Shown: positions 22,762 to 34,230 of the stretch, one piece after another
Layout of the letters: every line of letters starts with the position of its first letter
Numbering within the stretch: position 1 is the stretch's first letter
Origin: Psammoneis japonica
Taxonomy: Eukaryota
DNA length: 64,000 nucleotides
NCBI GenBank assembly: GCA_008632985.1
Contig: QPGO01000085.1
Coordinates: 124,001-188,000, forward strand
Direction of reading: 5' to 3'
Position numbers and translations under genes: made by a program
Notes under the pieces: model-generated
The model's database searches: none
What the model was told of the DNA's origin: nothing
What the model saw: the letters and a program-made list of their open reading frames with translations, nothing else

Positions 22762-25190
22762 TGAGACAGACCACCAGAAGCAGTAGCTTCGACAAGGTCA
22801 CACAATGGCAGGTGAAGAAAAACATCAAGGCCCTTATTATGCTAGCCTTGAACTTGCGAACCAGCCAAAGCGGCGAACAAGAGATGACAATGAAGAAGCG
22901 AAAAAAAGCGGGTTGACCCTTTTGAAAGTGAACTGTTGACTGACAGACGGGCAAATGGGAATATCGCTTAAGAATATTGTTATATATATAAAATGGACAA
23001 CTGTAAAAGTTATGAATATATGGTTATTATTTGGTTGTGATTATTATGAGCATTATAAAGTCAATGTGAAGCTTCACATGCGAATATGTGATAGATTATG
23101 ATTGTATTAAATCTTGAGCAAATAATGAATTCGCTACTAGCAACCAGCGATATGAGCGGTTCGCCACATTTTGAATTTTGAATCGCCATTCACTCTTTCC
23201 TCTTGACACAGTTATTCATCGTCCATTTCTTCTTGCCACCGACGTTGATCCATCGTCTATTTCTTCCTTGAAACGTTGCAAGTAAAAGCCTTCTACGATG
23301 GTATCGGAACAAACAGAAGAACATGCTTGTGAGAAGCCCAACAAGATGAGCATCAAAGTGGACTACGACACAGCTGATGCCAGTGTCGACGAGACCAAGT
23401 TTCTCGAGGCTGAAGACGAGAAGATTGGCGAAGAGGAAGTGGCCAACGAGACTCTTGTGAAGGAGCTTCAAGACACAAAGCGTAGAGCTGAAGCCTTAGA
23501 AGAGATTTTGAAGCAGACTCAGGACGAACTTTCGCAACTGATTGCAAATAAAGATCAAGACGATGCAATTGCAGCCTCTGTGATCGATCAGTATGGAGCC
23601 GATCTCAAGGAAGCGAATGCTACCGTCAAAGAGCAGGCCGAGGAACTTGAATTAAACAAAGTTACTATCGATAGTCTTGAGGAAGGCCTGGCAATGAAGG
23701 AGGAGTATATCTACGGTATCCTCAACAAGTCTCAGAAGTCTTGGTTTCAAGAAGTGGAGAAGAAGCACAAAGAAATGCAAGCTCTTTATGAGTCTGAGCG
23801 CAACAATTCAAAGCTGACTGTCGAAGATATGCAAAGGGAAATCGATGAAGCTCTTGACAAGATCCAAAGCCTCGAAAAAAAGTCTCTCGAGATGTGCACG
23901 AAGAACGAAGAACTAGAAGCGACGTTGGAATCGGAGCGCAGCGACGCATCATCGCAGGCGAAAGAAATGAAAAAAATCATTGAACAACTTCAAGATTACG
24001 AAGAATTACAGGCAGAGCTTGAGACTGAGCGTAATGAGAAGAAGGAGCTTAGCGAAGTCGTATGTCAGCTTGAAAAGGAAAAGAGCGATCTCGCTAAGGA
24101 AAGAGAGGGACTTGAATCTGAAAACGCAAAAGTTCGAGGACAAGTCGAATTTCTGGAGGTTGCTGTTCAGGTTGAGCGCGACGAGAACAAGCGCTTGAAT
24201 AGCGTGTTCGAAGCCGAACGCGCCGAGATCAAACGCCTTAACACAGTATTCGAAGAAACTATTGAATCTCTACGCCAAGAGATCAAGCAAAAGAATGAAG
24301 TGATTGAAAAGATCAAGAATGAAAAGGCTGACCTTGTGGCAGAACTCGAAAATGAATCCCAGAGGGTGTTAGACCTTCAGAAAGCTATCGAATCCAAGGA
24401 CACTGTTGGAAAGGAGCTCAAAGCTAGTCTCGACAAGTACAAAAAGGCTCAAGTTGCGCTAGCTGTCAAGGCTGTCAAGTTTGAAGATATGAAGAAACAT
24501 GCGATGAAGGAACTAAGGACGACAAATGAAAAACTCGATGCTGCAAAGTGGGACATTCTTGTGTTGGAAGAAAAGCTCAAGGCGGCAACTAAAGCAAATG
24601 AAACCCATCAAGAAAGCATGGCCAAGGTTGGCAAATGGGTTTCAGCTCTGGCATCTAATGTGAACAAAGAGCTTCAGCAACAGGATGACGACGACGCCAC
24701 TCGCACAAATGCCCCGTGGTCGAAATATCATGAAGATGCGGAACAAGACCCATTGAAAGATAACGAGGCAGATATTACCGAAGATGTCCTACGACTGGGC
24801 GACAAACGGGATGATGAAGACATGGACCACCAAGAGGCCGAAAGCCGGCAAAACGAAAATTCCAATGAATTCTCAACGAGCGGCAAGACTGATCCGACCG
24901 CGAAAGCAAGTGTCAAGACACCTCGATCGTCAACTGCCAATGCAGATATGTCGCCTGAATTGGAGCAACCAATTGACTGCAACCGACGCAATACAACACA
25001 TCAGAATAGTGAAACTTTCCGTACCTTTAAGAAATGTAGTTATTATTTTCAGATTCCATATATTGTATGATCACGAATTCGCCTTCACGAAAGCAAACTT
25101 GAAAAGGGAGAAATCGTACGGTATCCTCAAGACTCCCGTAAACCCATGGAGTAGGTACAGCAGGTGACCATTTTTACTTCTGCAACCAAC
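22762..25190 (+). repeat. Segmental duplication, copy A (partner about 40927-43330)
   Basis: Upstream region, CDS and 3' flank align with 40927-43330 (e.g. gaaacgttgcaagtaaaagccttctacgatggtatcggaac; gagaaatcgtacggtatcctcaagactccc). Confidence 0.85.
23298..25070 (+). CDS. Coiled-coil protein, paralogue 2 (no ankyrin domain)
   Basis: 590-aa ORF sharing NKDQDD..AASVIDQYG and KAQVALAVKAVK with 19847, 41357 and 55381. Confidence 0.8.
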   Translation: MVSEQTEEHACEKPNKMSIKVDYDTADASVDETKFLEAEDEKIGEEEVANETLVKELQDTKRRAEALEEILKQTQDELSQLIANKDQDDAIAASVIDQYGADLKEANATVKEQAEELELNKVTIDSLEEGLAMKEEYIYGILNKSQKSWFQEVEKKHKEMQALYESERNNSKLTVEDMQREIDEALDKIQSLEKKSLEMCTKNEELEATLESERSDASSQAKEMKKIIEQLQDYEELQAELETERNEKKELSEVVCQLEKEKSDLAKEREGLESENAKVRGQVEFLEVAVQVERDENKRLNSVFEAERAEIKRLNTVFEETIESLRQEIKQKNEVIEKIKNEKADLVAELENESQRVLDLQKAIESKDTVGKELKASLDKYKKAQVALAVKAVKFEDMKKHAMKELRTTNEKLDAAKWDILVLEEKLKAATKANETHQESMAKVGKWVSALASNVNKELQQQDDDDATRTNAPWSKYHEDAEQDPLKDNEADITEDVLRLGDKRDDEDMDHQEAESRQNENSNEFSTSGKTDPTAKASVKTPRSSTANADMSPELEQPIDCNRRNTTHQNSETFRTFKKCSYYFQIPYIV

Positions 25191-25199
25191 AAAAAATGC

Positions 25200-28100
25200 A
25201 CCTCACTTGCTCCCAATCTGAAGGGTTCCCGAGTGAGGTCGGAGGATAGGTTGAAGTAGACGCGGGTGCTTCAAGGTGCCATGAACGAAAATTGAACAAC
25301 ATTCTGTTGAAGACCAACACCGTGCCAAAAGATGTGAAGAATCCTGCATTGGTTCCAAACCCACCAGCACAAAGGAATTGGTGCAAGTGGATGCAAAACA
25401 TAAGAACAGCATGGATGAGAACAATTGGAATGACTGGACAATCACAATGTCCCAGAATTCAGCAAAACAACATGAAAACTTTGCCAAATGGGAACAAGCA
25501 GTGAAAACTCACCAGACAGTCCAATCTTTTGCAGGGGGGTTTAACTGTCTTTGCTGACATTGTCACTCTGTTGATCCACTCTGTCAATCCACCTTGTTTG
25601 CATGGCCCAAAGTTGCACAGTTGATGCCAGCCCCAGGGACTCAACTTCCAACAGGCTGCTGGTCAGAACTGCTGACTCTGATGGTGATGAAGAGAAATCT
25701 CACTGATGAGTGTGCATCAGAAGAAGCCTTTTCAGTGGGGAGTGTTCCTGTCATTGATGACACAGTGAGCCCTCAAGACTTTGGCAGAATTGGAATCTGA
25801 TGTGCATGCTGAGTCTTCACGGCTCACACTGAGAATGGGCCAGAATGAGCAACATGTGTGTGGCACGTGTGGATGTCTGCATGCTGAGTGCAGCTGCCAA
25901 AACCATCAAGAGAAAAAAAAATTCACTGATGACACAAAATGGGCATTGCTGGCCTCATTTTTGTGGGCTTTTCCAAGCCCTTGCAGCAAAGAGATGGGCA
26001 CTGTGGGGGCTCAACTTGGTTGGTTGAGCACCAATTTAACCACCAGTGAAGTTGAAGCCGTCAAGGAAGCTCAAGACAAAAAATGTCCAGGGGGTGGTGG
26101 AACCACTTGGGGGCCCTCTGCTGCTGGCTGAAAGTGCAGCCCTTGTGACATCCCCCCAATGATGCCCCAATGGCCATTCAACAGAGAGCGGTGCTCTGGC
26201 CCAAGACTCTGTTTGGTGCTGGGTGCTTCATGGCATGGCCTGAAAGAACCGCCACACCATTGCTGTGCAATGTGCGGCATGGAGGCTGAGCAGTTGTGAT
26301 GAGCCTTGAGACTCAAGGTGTTGTGTGGCACAGTGTGTTGAAGACCCAGTCTGAGGCTCAAGCCTGCAGCTCTTCTGTGGAACATGGGGCAAATTCTGGT
26401 GCTCTCACTGCCTTCAGGAGAGATCAAGGACAGCTGCATCTAGCTTGCAGGAAAGAACCCATCAGTCAGAGACAATGTTTGCATCTGTGGGGTTGAACAT
26501 GTGGAGATGTTGAGAGAATGGAGCCACCAGTCCTGTGTCCTTCTTGATTGAGCCAGCAGCAAGCAAGGGTGCAGAAAATTCACACAACAGAGTGCGGACA
26601 TGGCTTCTTCACCAGGTGTGCACAGTGTGTCTGACAGAGGTGATTTCAACATTCAATGAGCTGGCAGGAACCTTCTTTGTGCAACCCTGGATGAAAACCA
26701 GTGTGGAGAGAAAGGACATGATGGGTTGTGGAAAGGAAACTGGGCACATGTTTTGGGGCTCATCAAGAATGGAGAGGGTCTGCCAAAGACGTGTGAGCAG
26801 GTGGACAAGGTGTGGAAGATGACACTGTCTTCCCAGACAGAACATCAGGAAGACTTTCCTGTTTGAGTGGGGGCTCTGTTTTAAGAGGTGGTCATCAACA
26901 AATGCCTCTTGCATGGCCTCCTCCCCCTGGGATCCTAGAAGCAAGCTGTGTGTCTCCCATGAATTGCAGCGAATCTCCTGCAGAACACAACTTGATGAGA
27001 GGCATGATGTGGCAGCAGGGTGGAAGCTCCATTTGACTGCCACAGTGACAAATCACAGGACATTGGCTTGTGCACAGTTGGTTGTTTGTCCATGTCCTTG
27101 TCACCACACATGTGTGCCTTTGTGATGCCACAGGAAGGAGGGAGTGTTGCCATGAGGCTGTGTGTTGGACCAGTCATTGTGGGATTAGCTCCAGACTCCA
27201 GAACCCAGAGGCTGGGGTGGATGAAGATGAGGTTACCACACACAGAGTGCACCAGCACTGGCACTGCAAATGGTGCCATCACTTCAGTTTTCATTGCCTT
27301 GGAAAGTCAAATTGTCTGGGAAAGGACCTGCAATCACCATCCTGCACTCACAAGTTCTTGAGTGGGGCTTCCAAGACTGCTGACATGGACAAGATCAAGA
27401 GGACATGTGTGGAACTTCAGAAGGAAGTTCACACAGACCCAGAGTGGACTGATTGGCCAATCAGTTTTGTGGAGAGCACTCCCACAATGCATTGGTTGTG
27501 ACTTCCTCCCCTCTCACTTCTGAACTCACCTTTCATTGTCAGATGGTCATGCAGCTGCTGTCAGGCTCAAGTCCTGCATGTGTGATGTGTTGCTGCTGCT
27601 CCTTCCTTGTTGGGACACATGTGTGCAAACACAGCTGGTGGCAGCACTCATCTGATTTGGATCTTGTTGAGACTGGGGGTCTGTGCCACTTTTGTTCATC
27701 ATCAGAACAAGAAATGACACATGTCTGCCATCATCAAGCTCAGCCATGACCTTTTTCCTGCAAAAACAAGGTTGTTCACAGGCACAATCCTGTCTGACCA
27801 TGTCAGTGCTTGTCTGGCAAGCAACCCAATGGAGTGCCATGTGGTCACATTGCCAAGTGTCCCTTGAGTGAGCCATGAGCCCTGGCACAGAAAGTTCCTT
27901 CAAGCATTGTGACAAACTTCATGCCGCACCTGCTCTTTGTGATTTCCTCTGCCTTGCACTCAAAGCTTGGCTCCATGACAAAATGGTGAGCAGGTTTGGT
28001 TTTGACCCCATGCTGTGCAATTTGTGGAGAGCACAAAGTGCTGTTCTTGGACAGCATTGGATGTTCTGTGGGGGCATGCCCAAGCTCTGGGACACAGCCC

Positions 28101-28560
28101 AAACCCTTTGAATGCATGAAACTGGAGCCCTCCAAAAGCACCAAGTTGGCTCCTTCATTTGGAAATCATGGCAGGAGTTGTGGGAGTTGCATGAAAAACA
28201 AGTGTGTGGCCTCAAAGTTGTCTCAAGGAAGTCTTCTCAATGTCACTTTGTCAAGGCTGAACTCATGGCTGTGCACAACAAGCACCAAGACTGTCTGGTT
28301 GAGGACATCAATGTGATTTTGGACTCAGCAGAGGAATGCCACAATGTGCTCACTCTGCCACATGGTGAAAATGCAGAGCTGGGTCTCTGTGGTCAAGCCT
28401 TGTCTCAGATGAGCTCCAGCTCCAGGTGGGACCTTGCACTGCTGAGCTGTGACACCAACAGTTTTTCGGATCATGCCGCATGTCACTCGTGTGCATTTCT
28501 GCATGACTTTGGCAGAATTTTGCATCATTTTGCAGTGCAATCATTGGGCAATCCATTCAA
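25200..28560 (+). mobile_element. Heavily mutated non-LTR retrotransposon (LINE) remnant: RT, possible RNase H, C-terminal Cys/His region
   Basis: FTDDT (RT xxDD motif) followed by a TTGG(A)L..EKC-like stretch, then KLSHDLFP...EPWHRKFL-like remnants. Near-total loss of TpA and CpG. Ends are approximate. Confidence 0.5.
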
Positions 28561-31279
28561 CAACTTTTGATGTTTTTTCTTCTGTGCCATTGTCAAGGGG
28601 GGTCATCCCTGTGTTTGTCCTGGAATCACTGTTGCATTGTTTGAACAAGGTTGTTTGCACCAGCATTCATTTTTGAGTGCAAAAATTGTTCACATTCACA
28701 CCCAATTGTGCATGAAAATAAGAACATCAGGCAACGTGATCAAAGCATGACAATGACAGCAATCTTGACATTTCTTCAAAATGCAGTGGTCCATCTTCAA
28801 ACTTGTACATCCATGGGCTGGAACGCATCCTCAACAAAAGCATCTTGTCAGCTGCTGTTTCTGTTGGGGGCACCTGCATCAGGTGACACCAGGCCAACTC
28901 TGGCTGATCTTTTCCCTTCTTCCACCACACATCAGTGCACTGGAAATGCGGGTCAACCTGCACTGGCTTTGCCAGTCAATGCTGGTGTGGCAGCACTTTA
29001 AACTGGGTTTGTGATTTCTGAAATTGCGCTTGTTGCATGATGAGTTGGGCTCTCAAATGACATGACTGTGGATGGCAAGGCATTGGATGCAGGACTCAGA
29101 TGGATCCATTGCAGCAGTCACCCAGCCCTGTGGTGAACTGTCATGGCTGAGACAGACCCCTGATGGAATCATCTGTGCACCTCAGGGTTGTGGAGAAGGC
29201 TGGTGGGAATGCTGTGGAACCCAGCCACTCTGACCCCAGCACACCCACTGTGGATGGGTCCTTGTTGAGCACAGAGGCCAAATGAGTGAAAGACCCCACT
29301 GACAGCAATCTTTCATGCTGTGCGGTCATTGTTGACAAATGCGCAGAAATTGTGCAGACCAGCACCAAGAAAAGCATTGGACTGTCTGTCCATCCACCCT
29401 CAGTGAATTGCAATTCTGCAAAAAATGGACTTGACTGCAAACTGATCAGGTGCATTTTGGAACAACACATTTGCAGAAATGCATCTGTCAGTTGGCAGTC
29501 AAGTCCTTTTTTGCACAAGTTTTGAGAAGACAACAGCTTTGGCACAAAAATGTGTAGATTCTGCTGACGTCCTCAAGTGATTTGTGCATTTTGCATTGTG
29601 GGTCATTTTCAAAAGATTCCTGCTGCAATTGGACAGCTCAAGATGTGAGCAGGACCTTCAAGCAGAGCAGAGGTTGGTTGGATGAAGATGCATGTGATGA
29701 TTGAATTTGGAGCAGAGACAACAGGGCATGACTGGGGTTGTGGCAAGTGTTTTCAGCACACTGGATCCACACAAAGGTGGGCACAATGTTCACATTGTTC
29801 TGTGACCACCAATTGTCCATTTTGGACACTCAACACACACATCTTGCAGACTGGTTGTTGGTGGAGAGACAGTTTGCACATGCTCCTCATGGTGGTCCTC
29901 ACATGGAAGACTTGCTTCTTGGGACTCCTCAAAACAAAGCTGTGGCTGCTTTGCTGGAGAGCTGGCAAGTGCACACTGTCTCTTGGGAAAATGGAGGATG
30001 TGTCAGAGGAACTGGGGCATCAATCATGCTGCAAGAGACTTTTCCACACAGGTGGGGTGTGCTGTTCAACTTCTTGTGGAAAGAGTGAGGCAGCCCTTTG
30101 CACGTGACAGGGTTTCAGCTGTGCAAGTGAGTTTGTGCATTGCAGCAGCTTGGTTTTTGCATGCAGTCAGCTCTTTGCACATGATTGCACAACACAGCTT
30201 TTGCTTTCAAGCCATGCAGCTCACAAGAACAATGCCAACATCAATTGTCAACAACATTTTCTGTTTTGGCACATGTGGTGGTCTCTGCATGGAGACTCTT
30301 TTGCCACATGGATGACAGTGATTGGTGCGCTGTTTTGTCCATCAACATTTTTGTTCACACCCTCTCAATGTGCTTGTTTGCCACCAGTCAACATGCCACA
30401 CTTTTCCATGCAAGCACCAGCAGGACTGTCCTGTGCAAGAATTTGGCATTGTGCCAGCCAGCCTCCTTGGGCACTTTGGAACATTCAGCAGTTGTGCCAT
30501 GATGATGTAGATGCCACAGGTGTCAGAGGGGATGCTCCGTCATGCCTTCATTTGGGAGTGACATCACCATCACAGTGGCTCCTCTCTTTGCATTTTCACT
30601 CCCATTGGCCATGCATTTGCACTGCACAATTCTGCATCCAAGATGTTCTCACATTTCTTGTCTCATTGTTTCTTTGAATTCTCAGGACAGAGTGCCTTTG
30701 CATTTTGTCATTTCTTCCAAGTGGCGCTGGCTGTTTTCCACATGGATGGCTGCAATCCAGGCATTGACTGCAGCAATTGTTTTTCTTTTGTTCCTCCAAG
30801 ACCCATGTCAAGACTTGTCAGTGCTTTCCTCATGTCAAGTTCCTTGCAATTTGGTCATCAACAACACACAACAGCATTGTTTGAAGCTGTGCTTCTCCTC
30901 CTGTGCCTGCTGGCGATTTCCAAGTCTTTCTTTTCAGACAAGATGCACCCTCACTTCAAGATGACTTCTGGATCAAGAAATGGCTCTTAAGCCCTTGCAC
31001 CTTTCAGGTTGAATTTTGACAAAGCCCGCATTCATTTGAAAACACACACCCTTTCTTTGCAGTGTTTTTTTTTGGCATCTTTCCAGCTGGGTGTTTGTCC
31101 ACTCTGCTCGACCACAGCAGCAGCCATGCTTGGCTCTCTGCACACAACAAGCACTCAGCTCATTCCTGTCTAGACTTAGAATGCTTCCACAGTCATTGTC
31201 CCTGCCACATCTTTGATGTGCTGGGGAGCGTGGGTCCACAACATTTTGGTTTTTTCAGTCAACACACATCACACACACA
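28560..31279. repeat. Degenerate repeat-derived DNA, family not identifiable
   Basis: TpA- and CpG-depleted, CA/TG-rich composition; no credible ORF. Confidence 0.5.
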
Positions 31280-31284
31280 CTGAC

Positions 31285-31560
31285 TGACAGAAATTGAAGG
31301 CAAATGGCAAGAATTCAAACAACAACTCCTTGCTGCTGTCTAAACAGCAGATGAGTCTCCGCTCAGAGACCGTCACAGGAGCCGAGAGACGTGCAAGTCG
31401 GCACAATCGGGCCACTGTTGTCATTCTTGTGAGCCTTGTGGCTCGAAAGCAAACTACATCGCGCGTGAACGCGCGGAACTAAAGCACACAAAACTGTGCG
31501 CGGCAAACTAAACAGCGCGCGACACTTCGCGCGCATCCAAATCCTGTTCAAATCCTGTCA
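31285..31560 (-). repeat. 3' LTR of the copia element (mutated copy)
   Basis: Aligns without gaps to 37887-38162 with 11 substitutions. Confidence 0.95.
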
Positions 31561-34230
31561 CTCCCCAGTTTGCTTGAGGAGCTACAGAAACAGATTCGAC
31601 TTCGGATGGAATGAAGTTCCAGAACATGAGGGGGCGGAGGAGGTCCCAGATTTGGGAGTAACCCCAATGCTTGCTGAGAATGTCAGCAGGGTTGCGGGAG
31701 CCTTCGATGAAGTGGAACTCAAGGCAACCAGAGGCAATTGCCTCACGCACACGGTGGAACGACAGTGCGGTGTGTCGCTTGTGTAACTTGGAGTGCGGGA
31801 TGGTGGCACTGTCTACAACCGACTTGTTGTCACCGAACATGTGACTAACGTTACGGATCGGGACACCAAGGCAGCGCAGGGTGATGCGCAGGTCGACAAT
31901 CTGCTCAACACAATTCCTTGCGGCAACAAATTCAGATCCGTAGGTTGCAGTTTCCACGGTGGCTTGTTTCTTGGAGAACCAATCAGCCGGGAATTTGTTG
32001 AGGAAGTGGAGCATTCCCATGACAGAGCGTCCGGTGAGCATGCAATGGTGCAAGTTTGCATCGACGTAGTGGGTGGTAGTGACGAACTTGCCAAGGGGCG
32101 GTGGAGCGTCCTTCGGGATCATCTCTTCTGCTTCACCACACACGGAATGCATCCATTCATAGGCCGGAGCAGGGAGATCCGAACAGTCAGGCTCTTCCGT
32201 GCGAACGCGGAGAGCACCGTGTCGCATCTTGGAGAGGTGCCCACACACGCGTTTGGCACGATCCAAGTGGCCTTGACGGGGCGCAGCTCGGAAGCTAGAG
32301 AGTGACATGACAGCCGTGGTGATGTCAATTCGACCAAGGGACACTGCCCATTGGAGAGAACCAACAAGAGACTGGAACTTGTGAATGCCATCGGGTCCCA
32401 GCAGTTCGGAAGTGTCCAGTTCGGGGTGGTCACCCTTCTCTAGAGGTGACAGGGCGTTGGTGGCAGGTTTCTCCCCAAACAGTCGGGCGCAGCTGTCGAC
32501 CATGCGCTCGATGTACTTGCGCGGAGACAGGCACAAGGTTCCGTCGGGGTCCCGGGAAAAGTTGCAACCCAGATGGAACTCAATGGGTCCCGCACCCTTG
32601 AGCTTGAACTTGTGCTTTTCCGTGAGAGTATCGACGAAAGATTGGGGGTCCTTCATGGCAATGGCGAGGTCATCCACATAAACGGCAATGCATTCACAGT
32701 GGTCGCCGTTCCTGCGCATCCAAATGTCGGGTTCGGCGCGGCAGGGGAAGAAGCCTTCAGCTCGCAGGCAGTCGGCGAAGCGCTCGTGCCAGCGGAGACC
32801 GGAGCTGCGCAGTCCATACAGTGCCTTGTGGATGACAAGGATGTGTCCTTCGAGTTTGCCAAATTCGGGTCCAGCTACAATGTAAAGCTTCTCCTTGGTG
32901 GTGGCTTCAAGGCAGGCATTGCCAATGTCGGTGGCCCATGTCTCCAGCTCGTTGAGTTCGGCCAGGAAAATCATCAGCCGAAGGCCACGGAGGGAGACTA
33001 CTCCGGAGTAGACACTGTCAACAGGTGCGTCCGTGAGGTGCCCGTTGGCTGCGAGTCGTGCCTTGTGGCGACCGTCGTGTTTCACGTCGTGCACCAGGTG
33101 CACTCGGATCTTCTTGTGTCCCGCAGGAGGAGTGGAAGACTTGAAGGGCCCGCAGTCATGGAAGACTTCGTATTCGTCGAGTTGGTCCATCTCGAGATTA
33201 GTTGCGTCTCCCCACTTGCGGTTGCCGTTGCGTTCGTCCAGTGACATGGCGTGTTTGCAGTTCCAGGGAACTTCGCATCCGCACTTGTAGCGAGGTGCAG
33301 TGCGGAAGGAGCGAAGCTTGGCTTGGTTGGCCATGCGAAATAGCTTCTTTTGGCACCTCGCGACAGTGCGGAACCGCTTCCAGCCATCCGTGTCAAGGAG
33401 TCCGTTCTCTCGTGCATGGATGGCACAGGTGACGGGGTCATCCTTGGCGATGATGGCAAGAGGCTCGGACGTGATCTCCCCACTTTCCCATTCAAGCATG
33501 ATGTTGTAGCTTGAGCCTTTCCAGGTTGGGTCGTGAGGCTTCAGAGGTCCTTCGTGTGATGCGATGCGTCGAAATTTCCAAATGGTGGTGTCTTCGTCTT
33601 CTTGCTCAATGTGATTCATGATGTCATTGCAGGCAAGGACTTCCTCGTATTCGTCATTGTTGACAGAGCAGACGAACTTAGTGAGCTCGGGATTGCCGTT
33701 CACTTTCCATTCGTGGTCTTCGATGGCCTTGACGATGCGAGCTCTGTGGCGTTGTCCATCCTCTTGTGGCTGCATGAGGAAGGTACGTCCAATGATGTCT
33801 TGCGGATCGAAAACTGGCATCTTGGGTGTCCTGATCTCCCCATCAGGAGAATCGACGGGGTTGTCGTCATGGCGAGATTTGATGATGGGTTCAGGTGGCT
33901 CCCCATCAGGAGGATCAAGACGCAGATTTCGAACGGCAGGATCGGGGGTAGCGGAGCGAACGTTGGACCGGTGGAGGATCTTCTGAGTCTCGTCAGATGG
34001 GATCTTGAAGGTCATCTGGTGGCCGACGTGCTCAGCAATGCCAACAAAGCGTCCACGCAACTCACGGGATTCGGACGGCCAATCGGAGTCATCGAGGTGG
34101 AAGTGCACTGGTTCCCACCAGTGAAAGCGAAGCAATGGGCTGATGTCCGGGGTGGATCCAGTGAGAGTCTCGAGGGGCGTGCGCCAGTGGAGACGTGGGG
34201 ACGCTGTGTGGTTGAGCATGAAGCACACGC
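31508..34230 (-). pseudogene. pol: Copia pol remainder: integrase C-terminus, reverse transcriptase, RNase H
   Basis: Recognisable RT/RH motifs with many Tyr->Cys/His replacements. Joined out of frame to the upstream ORF. Confidence 0.9.
31561..31570 (-). other. Polypurine tract of the copia element
   Basis: AACTGGGGAG on the minus strand immediately before the 3' LTR. Confidence 0.7.
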
